Of a stretch of 64,000 bases of DNA, positions 37,464 to 50,797 are shown piece after piece. The stretch's first letter is position 1. Every line of letters begins with the position of its first letter. The stretch is taken from assembly GCA_009602735.1 (NCBI GenBank), contig WELA01003517.1, positions 242,900 to 306,899 of the forward strand, given 5' to 3'. The position numbers and the translations under genes were made by a program. Below the pieces are notes generated by a model. The model was not told the DNA's origin and did not search any database. It saw nothing but the letters and a program-made list of their open reading frames with translations. This DNA is from Mesotaenium endlicherianum (lineage: Eukaryota).

Positions 37464-39715
37464 AGGGCCTCTTTACAGTGGGCAAACGCATTCAATTCAA
37501 TGACGTCACCTACACAATCGCGTTTTTTTCAATTTGATTGCAAAAGTACACAATCGTAATTGCAAATGGAGGGTGGTGTGGGGCAAACCTTTACAGTGCG
37601 CAAACCTCCTGCAATTCACATCTTGTGATAAAAAATGCCCCACCTCTTACAACCGCTCTTGAGTGCACCTGATTTCTCTACGACTCGATCACGCTAAAAA
37701 CATTTCACCTCTCTGGACATTAGAAATGATGAAAAATTGTGAACTTTCACGCTTTGAAAATGAAAACCCCAAGTGACTCTCACACTGCTAACCTTCTCGT
37801 CATTTTTGTTCTTCGTGTCTTTCATCGATCAAGAACCAATGGCACCCCTGCCACAGCCGATATGCACAATTTTACTAAGAGTTTTATATAATTTGCAATA
37901 TATCGCAAATCTCCTTTACCATATGTTTAGTAGGTGCAAAATTGAGCAACCGCAATGGATAAGTTTTTTAAGAGTATATAAGAAACATTCCTATGAGCTG
38001 GTACACCGTGTTCATCTGCATGTTGTGAGAGCTAAGACAAACTTTATTAAGAAACTCGTAAGTACGGATAGGCAACGTGTTGTCGTGCCCGTTCTTGTCG
38101 AGTCCTCTTTGGTGGTGCCTAGTGGTATTCCCAGAGGGTGGAGGGTCAATGACAGGTTCTAGTAGTTAGTCGAATGAGGGTGGTAGGTGAGGATGGTCTA
38201 GTCTACGTGCTGTGGTGGTGAACACTGGAACCCAAAATCTGCTCACGAGGTTCTGCTGTTGAGCAGCTGTGAGGCTCCCTCCCAGATCACGCGCTCTTTC
38301 TCTACCTTCACACATGGTGTTGCCGCCCACATGTGTGGAGGTCGACCCTCAGGTTCGCTCACCTGAAGGGTCGGCGCAATTAACCAGTGGGATCCCCCAT
38401 TGTCCATGTTTAGATCATCACTGTACCATAGGTAGTCCCCATGGGTATGCACAAGGATTGCTAGGGGTTAGAGAGAGTAAGGGACATTAGGATGTCGGGT
38501 TCTTCTGGCGTTTGGTCATTAGTCGTACGTGTGCGTGTCAACCTCTAAGTTCAACCCTTTCTCATATTTAGTGTAAATTGGATTTGTGTGAGATGGCGCG
38601 ATGACGCGTTCATTCGTAGTTGTTAGTTTGAGTGTGTTTCGTAGGCTTTGGGCATAGCATTCGAGAGCACGCTACTTATGCCGCGAGCTAACACCATTTC
38701 GGTGTTAGCTTTGTATGTTCGTTCTTATGAGTGAGATGATTCTTATATTGTGGTGTGACTAAATGCTTATGATGTGTGATTGTGCACTCTCGGTTTCCTC
38801 ACTTCCATGTGTAGGTTACTTGTAGTGCATGCCACTAGTCACCTTTAGTCGCGAACACAACTCTCTTCCTCGCGGCCATAACATAGCTTTCCAATCGTAA
38901 TTTTGCTCGTCACTTTAGGTACTTATGTTCTAGCTTTAGGTGCTTTCACCTCGCCCTAGCTTGTATACAAGTTTTCATGGCTCATTTTTCGCTCCTTAGA
39001 TAGTGCTTAGTAGCTGCTCAGTTGCCCACTAGTGCCCAGTAGTGCCCACTTCAAACTTCTTGTATTCTTTTTTATGTACAGCTCATGTTGTAAGCTTTTA
39101 CCCCTAATAGGGGAGTTTTTACCCACAGCACCTAGATAAGCCAGTCCTCGTCCGATCTTTGGAGTCACTCCTCCCAATGTCGTGTCCCTCTTATTTCAAC
39201 ACTTGTTTAGGTTAGGTGTGTTGATGCCTAGCATGCGTTGACGGTCACTGTATCGATAGTGTTGTATAGTTGTGAGAGAGGTATATGCTGCGATTGTCTT
39301 AACGAACAACAAGCAAAATCAATACTCTTTAGATGAGACACTTCAAAAAGTCATGGATGACTTTGAATTGCTTTATGGATGACAAGGCGTTGTTGGTGCC
39401 ATTGACTGCACTCACATCAAGATTAAAAGACCATTGGCGTGGCTGGTGGGTGCTACCGCGACAAAAAAGGTGGATACAGTATTCTTTTGCAAGCAACTGT
39501 AGATTCCAAGTGTTGATTCTTTAGCGTTTATGGTGGGTGGTCCGGCTCACTTCATGATGCTCGCATTTTTAAAGCGTCTCCTATATATTCGGCCTATGTG
39601 GCAAATATCCATGTGCTGGCAAGTACCCCTCATGTGCAGATCAAAGATGGACATCTTGTTACACCATATGTTTTAGGGGATGCTGGTTATTAACTAATGC
39701 CTTGGATCAATACAT
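37464..39715 (+). mobile_element. PIF/Harbinger DNA transposon relic (transposase pseudogene ~39330-39715; possible left end at 37464)
   Basis: Manual translation gives GVVGAIDCTHIKI, YSILLQATVDS, GWSGSLHDARIFK and YVLGDAGY, which are DDE_Tnp_4/HARBI1 motifs. TAA followed by AGGGCCTCTTTACAGTG is a tentative TSD/TIR; the left boundary is low confidence. Confidence 0.7.
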
Positions 39716-39734
39716 TATATGCAGCACGCGCCAC

Positions 39735-40180
39735 GCGCACATCCGCACGACGATGGAGCGCACCCGACGGAAACCGCAGGCACCAACACTGACGCCCCTG
39801 CAGGCCCGGCTCGCCTCACGCTGACACCTGTCAGCACTGATCCGCAAGCTCCGACGCACTGACAGATGGCAGGCCCCAGACCTGCGCAGCTCTGCCTGCC
39901 TGTGCTGCGCACGGCCCCGCTATCGGGTCGACGCAGCCGCCACAAACACGTCCGCACGACGACGGAGCGCCCACAACAATTGCCGCAGGCGCCGACATCG
40001 ACGCCCCTGCAAGCCCGGCTCGTCCCGCGCTGATACCTGTCTGCAGCGACACGACGAGTCTCGACTGGCTAACAAGTGGCAGGCCTTAGGCCTGTGCATC
40101 CCTGGCAGCCAACGCTGCGATCGGGCCCATCGACGGGTCCACGCAACAATCAGCGCAGCCCGCGCAGACGTCGACACACG
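39735..40180. repeat. GC-rich tandem repeat, ~210-bp unit, about 2 diverged copies
   Basis: tccgcacgacga..gacgcccctgca..gcccggctcg recurs at ~39742 and ~39951; tggcaggcc..cctg recurs at ~39866 and ~40077. Confidence 0.7.
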
Positions 40181-40470
40181 CACCCGTTGTATGGGCTGCC
40201 CTGCTGGCGCCAGCAGGTCTGCACAGTGCCTGTGCAGCAACAGGTGGCGCCCCAGCACAAGCCCGCCAGCCGGCCACTTCGGCTACAGCTTTAGCTGCCG
40301 TGCGAGTAACGGCCGCGCGGACATGCGCAACGCTACGCACGAGCACGCAGCAACGGGACAAACGCCCGCTGCTGGTTGCTGCTAGCAGCAGGTCCCAGCA
40401 GCCGTCGCCACGTGTCAAGCACACGCTGGTCGGGGTGTCGACTTACGGCAGCGGCATGACCAAGCGCACA

Positions 40471-41022
40471 TGAAAGGGGCAGAGTACCCTAGTGGAAGCG
40501 TAGTAACTCACGAGGAAAGGAACTAGTTGCAATCATACTAAAGAGTGCAGCGGCATATCACTAGGAAAGCCTATGAAAATTACTCAACATTTTGAGTAGC
40601 AAGAAATTGCTCACAAATGATGTAGGATGAAAGGCCTTGTCATTACAAACTCGTAGAAATTTACAGAAGTAAAAAGTCCCAAGAAATGAAGTAGTTATGT
40701 CTATTTATAGTTTTCTACGACGGCCGCTCGCCCCTAGGCGAGAGGGCCGCTTAGCAACGGATTTTCCTAAGTGTTCGTCAAATCGTCCCTTCCAAAATAT
40801 TTGTGAGTAAGCCAGATCAGTCTCATCTGACGTGTTGGACCAAATTGACGTCCACATACATGCATCGACATTACTAGAATGTTCTATCTTAGACACGTGA
40901 GGCTAAACCGAAACTTCTTGGTAAATCGACCTAGTCGGCACTCCGCGTCAGCCGAACTTACGTGAAGGTTCGAGTTCACTCTAAAGGGCCAGATCGCTCG
41001 ACGCTGTCGGTCAATTCGACGC
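40471..41022 (-). mobile_element. fam2 LTR fragment (reverse, truncated)
   Basis: Collinear with the left ~540 bp of the 23560-24303 solo LTR. Confidence 0.88.
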
Positions 41023-44000
41023 AGAAAATACCATAAAGATTACTTGCTGATATAAAGATCTTCATTGATTGTGAATCGCCTATTTGGTAAGTCGATTCAT
41101 TTCAGTGGTATCGGAGCTGTTATCATAGTCTTTTTTGTATGGTAAGAGCAAGGTCTCAAATTAGCAACTCCCGAGACATGGAGAATTAGGATAACGAGAA
41201 TGTCAAAAATCCGGCTGAAAGCTATGTAGCGAGAACCCGTACCTATTCTGAAGCAGTGGCAGATACTGCAGCTAGAGAGGCTGCAGATTAGGCAGTTGCT
41301 ATTGCTGCAGTCGCAGCACAAGGCTGAGGAGGAAAGAGTCAGACTAGAAGCCAAACAATTAGCAAAAGCTGCTGAAGATACAAAACGGAGGGAAGGACAG
41401 CCAGCGGACGAGCGCACTGTTGAAGAACTCATGGCAGCAAGGGCCAATGTTCTGAACCCACCTCCTGCTGTACAACTCTTTGTGCCTCTAATTCGTGACT
41501 GGCTGAATGCGGCACAAATTGCTGCTGCAGGAGCGAAAGGGACTGTTAAGGACACTACTCAGCGAGTGGATGCCACTGCTACTGCTGCATTTGCTAGACT
41601 CGCACTTCAGAGTGTGGACTTGGGAGCATTATTTGTGCAAATGCAATCGCAAATGGCGAGCATGTATCAGTCGCAACAGGAGGACAAAAGAATCATAATC
41701 TCTCTGCTGCGGGACGTAGACCAACTAGGTTCTCAAACCACTGGTGGTAGTGGCAGAGGGCCTAGTTAGCCTAAGCCGAAACCTCCCCAGGACTATGAGC
41801 CTGAGGTAAACAAAAAGTATTACCTGATCAAGTTTCTCGCTGATGTTGAGCAGTGGCTGGAGAACTACCCAAAATTGCAAGATTACGAGAAGGTCAGGCA
41901 CACTGGTGCTCTACAAAAAGGCAGTGCAGCAGACTGGTGGCTGTATTGTAAAGGAGAGCGTAAGGCTCAGCAATTCGGTGACCCTACTTGGGTAGAGTTT
42001 GTCGAGAAATTGCATGAGAAGTTCGATGTCATCAATCAGCAGGAGAAAGTTATCTATGCAATGATCTCCTTGACACTGAAGCAGACCACTTCAGTTGCTG
42101 AGTTTGCTCAAAGGTTCCAAGAGAACATGATGAAGCAGCCAAACTTGCCAGAGCGGTATAGGATAGCATACTTCAGGTATGGCTTGAAATCCGAAGTCTC
42201 TGGTCACTTCGCTGAAATGAAGTATGAGATATTGGCTGACTTGATCCAGGATGCTGATGCCTGGGATCAACAGCAGTTCAATCACAAGCGCCAGAGTAAT
42301 GCTTTGGTGTGTGAGATTGTCAAAAAGCCCCACGGATCCTACAATGCATTTGAAGGAGACCAGGCAAAGGATGATCAGGTCGATGAGTACGACTATGAGA
42401 ATAATGCTATACAGTCTAGAGGGAGAGGTGGTTACTCTCGAGGTGGCTATGGAAGAGGTGATGGTAGGACTAAGCCGAGACCAGCCTCAGCAAAATCTGT
42501 GTGCTTCCATTGCCAGCAGCTGGGTCATTTCAGAGAGGAGTGCCCAGTCAAGCACCTCCCACAGGTCGAGAGAAAAGATCAGCCTTTAAAAGACAGCAAC
42601 AGTTAGTAATCCAGTCTACTGACTGTGAGAATGCTAGAGATAGTGAGTTGTCACTAGCTGCCCTCGTAGCAGGTATTATGGGTCCTGCTGAATTGGATTC
42701 ATTATGCATGCCTGACAACCAGATAAAGGAGACCATCAGCAATGTAGATCTCCAGAGAGTGCACACTTTGGATGATCTTGTTCCACCTGATGTCCAACAT
42801 TTCTTTGCTAAGTCAAGAGAACAATGCGAAAGTCAGGAAAAGACAGTCCCCCCTATCCTACTGCATTGCATGATTGCAGGTAGGAAGATGAGGGCATTTG
42901 TTGACGGAGGGGCGTCACATACTTTTATCCACAAGGACTTAGTTAAGCGGCTAAGGCTGCCTACTGTCACCCAAGGGAATAGAAAAATATTCCTTGGAGA
43001 TGCCTCAAGTATCCCGGGAGGAGTTATAACCAAGCCTATTGAGGTCCAGTTAGGTTCTGGCATTGCAATTCTAACTGAAACGCTTACATTTGAGGTACTC
43101 AACACTGGCTTTTATGATCTCGTGCTAGGCAGGTCCTGGCTTAATAGACATCAAGCTGAAGTGTGTTGGAGCAGAGGTACAGTTAAAGTGAGAGGAGCCA
43201 GTGATGGGCACACTGACTTGGCACCCACCAGTGCTCTTCCTCTTGTCCTGTGTGGATGGCAAATGAAGGAAAAGAAGAGGCTTCCAAGAGGATGCAAATT
43301 GCTGAAAGCAATGGAGTTCATCGAAAGCTGGGAATATCAAAAGACAGAATGTTCTGTCTGCTGCTAAGAGAGGTACCTCCTCAACTTGAAGAAGTGGTTG
43401 AGAAAAAGTTAAGCCCTCCAGAGCACCCTACTGCTGCAAAAATTGTTGCTCAGTACAGTGATCTTTTTAATATGCCTCCAGGACTACCCCCTAAGAGGGA
43501 AGTAGATCACATGATTGATTTACCACCCTGGGAGTCAGCCACCCTTGCAACGCACTTATGGCTTGTCTTATGTGGAGAGCAAAGAGTTGAGAACACAGAT
43601 TGCAGAGCTTGAGGGAAATGGTTATATTTCCCCAAGTAAATGACCTTATGGCGCACCCATCATATTTGTTACAAAAAAGGATGGAAGTATGCGGATGTGT
43701 GTTGATTACAGAGCTCTTAACAGAATTACAAGTAAGAACAAGTACGCTTTACCCAGAATCGCGGACTTGCTTGATACCTTGTCTAGTGCTAAAGTGTTCA
43801 GTAGGATAGATCTCAAGAGTGGTTATCATCAAGTCAGAATTGCTGAGGAAGATGAAGACAAGACTGCCTTCCGCACACGTTATAGATACTATGAATTTAA
43901 TGTGATGCCATTTGGACTGACTAATGCTCCTGCAACCTTCATGGGTGCTTTGAATAACATTTTCAGACCGTTCCTGGATAAGTTTGTGCAAGTCTTCCTG

Positions 44001-47000
44001 GATGATATTTTAATTTTCTCTAGAGATGAAGCTCAGCATGATGAACACTTAAGGATAGTCATGGACACTCTCAGAATAAATCAGTTATATGCTAAAATGA
44101 GCAAGTGTCATTTCTTCAAGGAAAGTATTGAATTCCTGGGCCACGTTGTCAGTCAGGAAGGCATCAGTGTGGATCCTAAGAAAGTCCCGACCATAAGGGA
44201 CTGGCCTGTACCACAGTCTGTCTCCAAAACTAGATCCTTCCTTGGGTTGGCTCACTACTATAGGAGATTTATTGAGAATTATTATACAAAGCCAAGTAAA
44301 CTGACTGACCTTACTAAGAAAGACATAGGGTATGTGTGTGGGGAAGAGCAGCAGGCTGCCTTCCAGACCCTTAAAGATGCTTTTTGTTCTGCCCCAGTGC
44401 TAGCCGTGTATGACCCCAGCAAACTTGTGCAGGTGGTTACTGATGCTTCTGACTTTGCCATGGATGTTGTTTTGTTGCAGCCTGCTGACAAAACCACAAA
44501 GGATGGTAAGGTACGGCAGGGGCGGCACCCTGTGCTGTATGAGTCTATGAAACTCAACCCAGCTGAAATTAACTATTCCGTGCATGATGAAGAGCTGCTT
44601 GCTATCATTCATGTGCTCAAACAGTGGAGAGCATACTTACATGGTAAAGCTTTTAAGGTGATTACAGATCATCTAGCTCTGACTCACTTTCAAAAGAAGT
44701 CCAAGTTGTTGAGGAGGGAGAACCGCTGGAGCCAGATGCTGGAGCAGTTCCAAGTTCAGATTGACTACAAACCACGGAAGTTAAATCCTGCTGATGCACT
44801 CTCTAGAAGACCTGACTTGCAAGAAAGGAACTTTAGTCAGCATGCTATACATAAAGTGTTTTGTGCAATCACTTCACTAAAGGTGAAAAAGTCCTTCCTT
44901 GAACAACTTAGGAAAGCCTACCTTTCGAACCCAACGTTTGAGCCTAGCCCCACTGATGGTGTGTGTCCTGCTACTGCACTCGGGTATAGGCTTGAGGGAG
45001 GGGTCTGGGTGAATGAAACCACTTCAGGCAGGCTGAAGCTAATCATTCCTAATAACTTGGAAATATGGTTTCTCTTACTGAGTCAAGCACATGACAGTTT
45101 TCTGGGTGGCCATTTGGGGCAGGCCAAACTGTTGGCAAACTGGCAAAACATTATCATTGGGAGGAATTACCTCGGAAGGTCTTGAAATATGTTAAGTCTT
45201 GTGATCAGTGTCAAAGAATTAAGTCTAGGCACACACCACCGAGGGGTCTCTTACAACCACTGCCCATCCCAGCTAGCCGCTGGGAAACAATATCCACAGA
45301 CTGGGTGGTAACACTACCACGAACTGCCAATGGGCATGATTTGATACTGGTAGTAGTGGATAAACTGACAAAAATGGTCATTTTCATCCCCACAATCGTC
45401 AAAGTAACTGCACTCGAAACAGGGAGACAGTTCTACAACCATGTAGTATGCCAACATGGGCTACTCTCTAATATCGTCTCAGACAGAGACTCAAAATTTA
45501 CCTCTAAGTTCTGGAGAGCTTTAATGGGGATAATGGGAGTCAAACAGCTGCTCAGCACAGCAAACCACCCTCAGACTGATGGGCAGACTGAAAGAACTAA
45601 CCGAGTTCTGCAAGAGGTGCTGAGAGCATATATTAACCAAAAACAAAACAATTGGGATGACCTGTTGCCTCAAATTCAGTTTGCGGTCAACAGTGCGGAG
45701 CACGCGTCAACAAGCAAGACTTCTTTTACACTGAGCTTGGGTAGAGTCCCTAAGTCGCCTTTAGATGTGCTAGAGGAGTCTTTAACTCAACCTGAAGAGA
45801 TTGACAATCCGATCTCCCTACAGTAAAATTAGGAGTTTGCTGACACCCTGTCAGAAGTCCAACAGAACCTGCACAAAGCCCAAGAATATTAACAAAAATA
45901 CGCTAATCAGCACCGTCAAGAACTGACATTTTCTAAAGGCGATTTGGTCAAATTACATTCTCAACACCTGTACCTGCCTGGTGTGGTCAAGAAAAAGCTT
46001 GGTCCGGTTTGGGTCGGTCCATATTTGGTGGTGCGCCGTGTCGGTCAAAATGCTTACAAATTGAAAATGTCAGCAGAATACAAGGGTCACCCAGTCTTTA
46101 ATGTCTCCTTCATGGAATCGTACATCAAAGGTTACACACTGTTCACAGGTTGGTTATTTGTCCAACCGGGACCAATCCCCGCTGTTCGGGATGGTGACCC
46201 TTAGGAATATGAGGTCGAGGAGATTTTAGACGCTCGCTCTCTCCGTTGATCATCTAAATATGTCATGAAGTACCTGGTTAGATGGAAGGGTTACGATACC
46301 TCTGGGGACTCTTGGGAATTTAAAGACCAGCTGACCAATGCCAAAGGGGCGTTAAATTGGTTCCACCTTTGGGCGGCTGGCACATCTCCCTGACCGTCAT
46401 TTCAGTCGCCCTGGACAGGTGACAGGAGGTCCTGTCTCCAAGTAAGTTGGAGGCGAATGTGACAGTTAAACTGGACAGTTAGTGACAGATAGTGACAGTT
46501 GTGACAGGCAGCGTACCTTTAAAATTAAGTTGGAGGGAGTGTGTTCCGTCTCGGGAGCAGCCAGGCAAAATTTATATGTAATCATTTTACACACTCAACT
46601 TGCGCTCATACTCACTTTTTCTCTCTGACTCAATTCTCCTCTTCTACTCACTCACACAAGGTATTACACACTTGGAACTCTCCCTACCACGTTCCTCTCC
46701 ACCAAGGGTACTCAGTAGCGGCAAAGTACCATGACTTCATTGACTGCATTGTGCTTATGATTGAGCACGATAACTCAGAAGTCGGAACTCTAGAGGAAGA
46801 GAAGAGCGGAAGAGGCACATGCAGATTACTTGCAATTTTGTGGCGACATCGAATCATCCTCCATCTCCGCTCGGGAATCACAACGACTCCAACAAAAGCG
46901 GGAGGCACAGAAGAAGAAGGAGGAGGAGGAACAGGCCAGGCTGAGGCAGGAAGAACTGGACAGACAAGCTGCAGAGGAGGCCAAGAAGGCAGAGGAGGAG

Positions 47001-49344
47001 AGGCAAGCTAAGGAGAGGCGGAAGCAGCATGCTGAAGAAGAAGAACAGAGGAGAATCAGCAGCTACCGCTACACAGTGCTGGGCAAGGGCTTTGATCTAT
47101 TGGAGGAGGCCTTCAAGTATGCCCAGAGAAGTCGCAGTGAGTCGCAAAAGAACATCCTGCAGAGGGAAGGGGAGACATCTGAAAACTTTGACAAGTATAT
47201 AGAGGTCAGCACAGGGCTCCTCCTCTACCACGATTATGCCAGGATGGTAGGATATACGGTCAGAGAGGCCAAGGGAATGGCCCAAGTGAATGAAGAAGGA
47301 GCTGTATCAATTTCGGGTATCTGGGGGAAAGATAGGGTCATCAGAATGATCCCCATGGACGCGGTCAGCTGTAAGGACTCTACATCCCATAACAGGTTCA
47401 AGGCCATGTATAATGAGGTGAAGAGGAGCTGGGAATTCTTGGCCAGGGAAACCAATCAGCTGGACTTCGAAGAGCATTGGTACCCTTGTACGTTGAAAAG
47501 GACAGATCCTGCCTTCTTCCAAAAGCCCACCAATTGGAGGTGGATGACCATTAGCGTGAGGGACCAGCAAAATGACAGGGCAGGAGAGGAAGATTTCCTA
47601 ACAGCCCTACAAGGGAACATAGTGTTGCCCCCTCACATTGCAACTTGGGACCCAAGATTGGATGGAGTAAGAGACTGCATGAGTCAAGAAATGCAGGAGA
47701 ACAGGAGCAGGGCCCGAGAGTCATTCTCGAAAGGGAAGCACGCTTATGTCAACTGGGCAAGCAAGCAGGGAAAGAATGACTTGTATGCGGTCAGGACTCA
47801 ACAACCCCCACCAGCACCCAAAAGAAGAAGGTCAGTGGGGTATTCTTTTTCTCGGGAAGAGCTGGAGCAGCTGACAGAGGAGACCCCAGTAGTCTCAGAG
47901 GAGCCAGGGGAAGAAGAGGAGGAGTAAGAGGAAGAAGAGGAGGAAGGCGAGGAAGAGGACACTAGCCCCGCTGTGACCCAGACACCTGGCACATCCCCTG
48001 TAATGGAGAAGACTGGGTTGGCCAGGGCAGACATAGCTCTGCACCAGCTCGCTGAATAGGAAGATATCACTTGGCTGAGAACTGTCAGAGGACAGATCCC
48101 ATCTGCAGGCGCAGAAACCCAGTCAAACAAGGGAGACAGGAGGGCTGCTAGAGAAATAACCAGAGGCCTGCCAGCATCTCCCTTGCAGAGAGGACATGTG
48201 CCCTTGGCTCATGTCATGCAACATAATTTTGGAATGCCGGTATATGTACCTGTCAATTTGAGGGATGCCCAAGAGAAGGCTGCCTCCCTTCATTTTCAGA
48301 TTGTGCAGAAGGAAACAGCCCAATTACTGCGTTCTCCCCTTGGTTCCCCCTACTCGGAGCCCCCAGGCTTCAGGAGACCCCAAAACAGAAGGAGGAGGTC
48401 TGGCTCCCGGTCTCGCTCCCCTGGCCGTAGAGCCCCAGGAACATCTCCCTCATTAGGGCAGTAGGCTGAGGGCAAAGGGACAGCACACAGTTACTAGTGA
48501 TTCCCACGGTTAGGCATCAGTTTTGGAGCAAGAGGCGATGGGAGGGAGATCAGTACTTTCAGTTGGGCAATACCATGTACCCAATGTTAGTGTTGTCGAG
48601 GCGACAACCTACTAAGTTGGAGGGATTGCAATGAATCTGTATATTGGTAGATATATTATTCATTTATATATAATGATTAAATAAGTTCAGCCTGCTGAAC
48701 TCTAGGTATTATTGAGTCTGCTGGACCTTATAAAATAATCAATTTAATGACTCAGCCGGAAACAGCAGGCTGAAGTCAACTTAGGTCAGCTTGCTGACAC
48801 ATTCTTTGACAGCCAGCTGGCTTCCGTACTCGGCAGCAGCGAACTGCCTAGATATGCATCTAAGTGTGGTGTGCTAGATGAATGGCCAGATGACATCCTT
48901 AGGATGGATGGCGATTCGGGATGATGGGAGATGGCGGTGGATTTGGGTAACCGAGGTCCTACCAACGTGGTTAACTCCCGGGTAGGCGGTGCCATCGCAC
49001 TGGCTATTGAACAGTAAACTCATTCCATGTACATATGCTAGGTATTGCTCTCAAGTTCAGCATTCGGAAACGAGGCCAACTCTCTTGTACAGCTTGCGGA
49101 GAGAGATCTAAATCCAAGGCGAGAAGCCTTTGATATGCACTGTCTTCTAGCCTTGCTTATGTACGAGTTTACTGATTGCATTATTGATGCTAGTTTACTT
49201 CCATTTGACTTTCGAGAATTGTTCACTGCTAGTGTGTTGCTTTTGCTGTTGAATCAATTAACAGAAAATACCATAAAGATTACTTGGTGATATAAAGATC
49301 TTCATTAATTGTTAATTGCCTATTTGGTAAGTCGATTCATTTCA
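41023..49344 (+). mobile_element. Element D: older decayed fam1 chromovirus (only ~80 bp of 5' LTR left; 3' LTR 48627-49344)
   Basis: PBS at 41106; gag, pol and ORF3 with multiple stops and frameshifts; hairpin+PPT ~48591-48626. Confidence 0.92.
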
Positions 49345-50797
49345 GAAGAGGACAAACCCATGGCTATAAGCTTATTTTCCTAAGCTGACCTGTTTGAGTG
49401 AAAAAGATTGAATCTAAATGGAAACCTGGCTTTTGAGCTTCATTGTTTGGGCCATATCTTTGGCAATATAAGTCAAAATCACGTTATCTGTTTTTTGCAT
49501 TAGGTTTATGACTGTCGGCATCTTTTGAGCTATAGTTAGTACAATTCTGTCAACATTGCCGCCCTGTGGATCATAGTTGCTCGACTGACTCGCTAAACAC
49601 CACAACATCATCATTGTATGGCTTTGCAAAGTGAAACTCCCTCAACACCTTGTCCATAGTCCTTTGGAAGATAGCAGGGATCTGGTTGAAGCCTTCGCGC
49701 AGATCAATGATGCTGAACACCTTCCCGGTGGTGGCAATAGAGAAGATCCGCTGTAGCGTAGGCATCACATAGCTGTCTGGCTCTGTGTAGAGGTTTAACC
49801 TCTTGTAATCGCCACACATGCGAGTGACAATATAATTGCCATCTTCATCTTTCTTCGCAACTACTACCGTGGGAGCTCCATGTACAGAAGTTGATTCCTC
49901 AATCATCTCAAGCTTTTGCAGCTCTTGGCAGGTTTTCTCCACACAGTCCCACTCTATCTGACTGAGCTTATGCGGCCATAGTCGAATACGTTCATCTGTA
50001 GTTAGTCTGATTTCGCACACATTGGCTGTGGTTCTGCCATTCTCCTCCTTAGTTGAAATGAACGGACTTACCAATAAGCGATTAACAGTTAATAGCATAT
50101 CTTTATATCAACAAGTAATCTTTATGGTATTTTTTGGTTAACTCATTAATCAGCAAAAGACCACACGACTAACGAAAGCTATACTCATAAGCCAAATGCA
50201 AGTAAACGAGCATCAATCATGCAATCAGTAAACTCATACATTAGCAAGGTTAGAAGAGAGTTCGCATCACATAGCTGTCTGGCTCTGTATAGAGGTTTAA
50301 CCTCCTGTAGTCGCCACATATGCGAGTGACAACGTAAACGCCATCTTTGTCTTTTTTTGCAACTACTACTTCGGGAGTTCCATGTACTGACGTTGATTTT
50401 TCAATCATCGCAAGCTTTTGCAACTCTTGGCAGGTTTTCTCCACACACTCCCACTCTGTCTGACTGATCTCATGTGGCCCTAGTTGAACAGGTTTATCGG
50501 TAGTTGGTGTGATTTTGCACTCGTTGGCAGTGATTCTGCCAGTCTCCTCCTTAGTGACAGCAAACACCTTGCGGTGCTTCTTCAACAGCCTTTGTACTTG
50601 TGCTTTTTGTTGGGATGAGGCCAATATTTTTAATGGCAAACATCTCAATTTTTGACTGCTTCTCTCCAGCAAAGGCATCCAATAGTTACACTGTTGCTAC
50701 TCCTGGAGTCCAGGTAGAGAATTCTCACTCTTCTCCTTCCCCTCTGGCTTTTCAACCTGATCACTTGGTGGTGGGGTGATAGGCTTCTTAGCCTATT

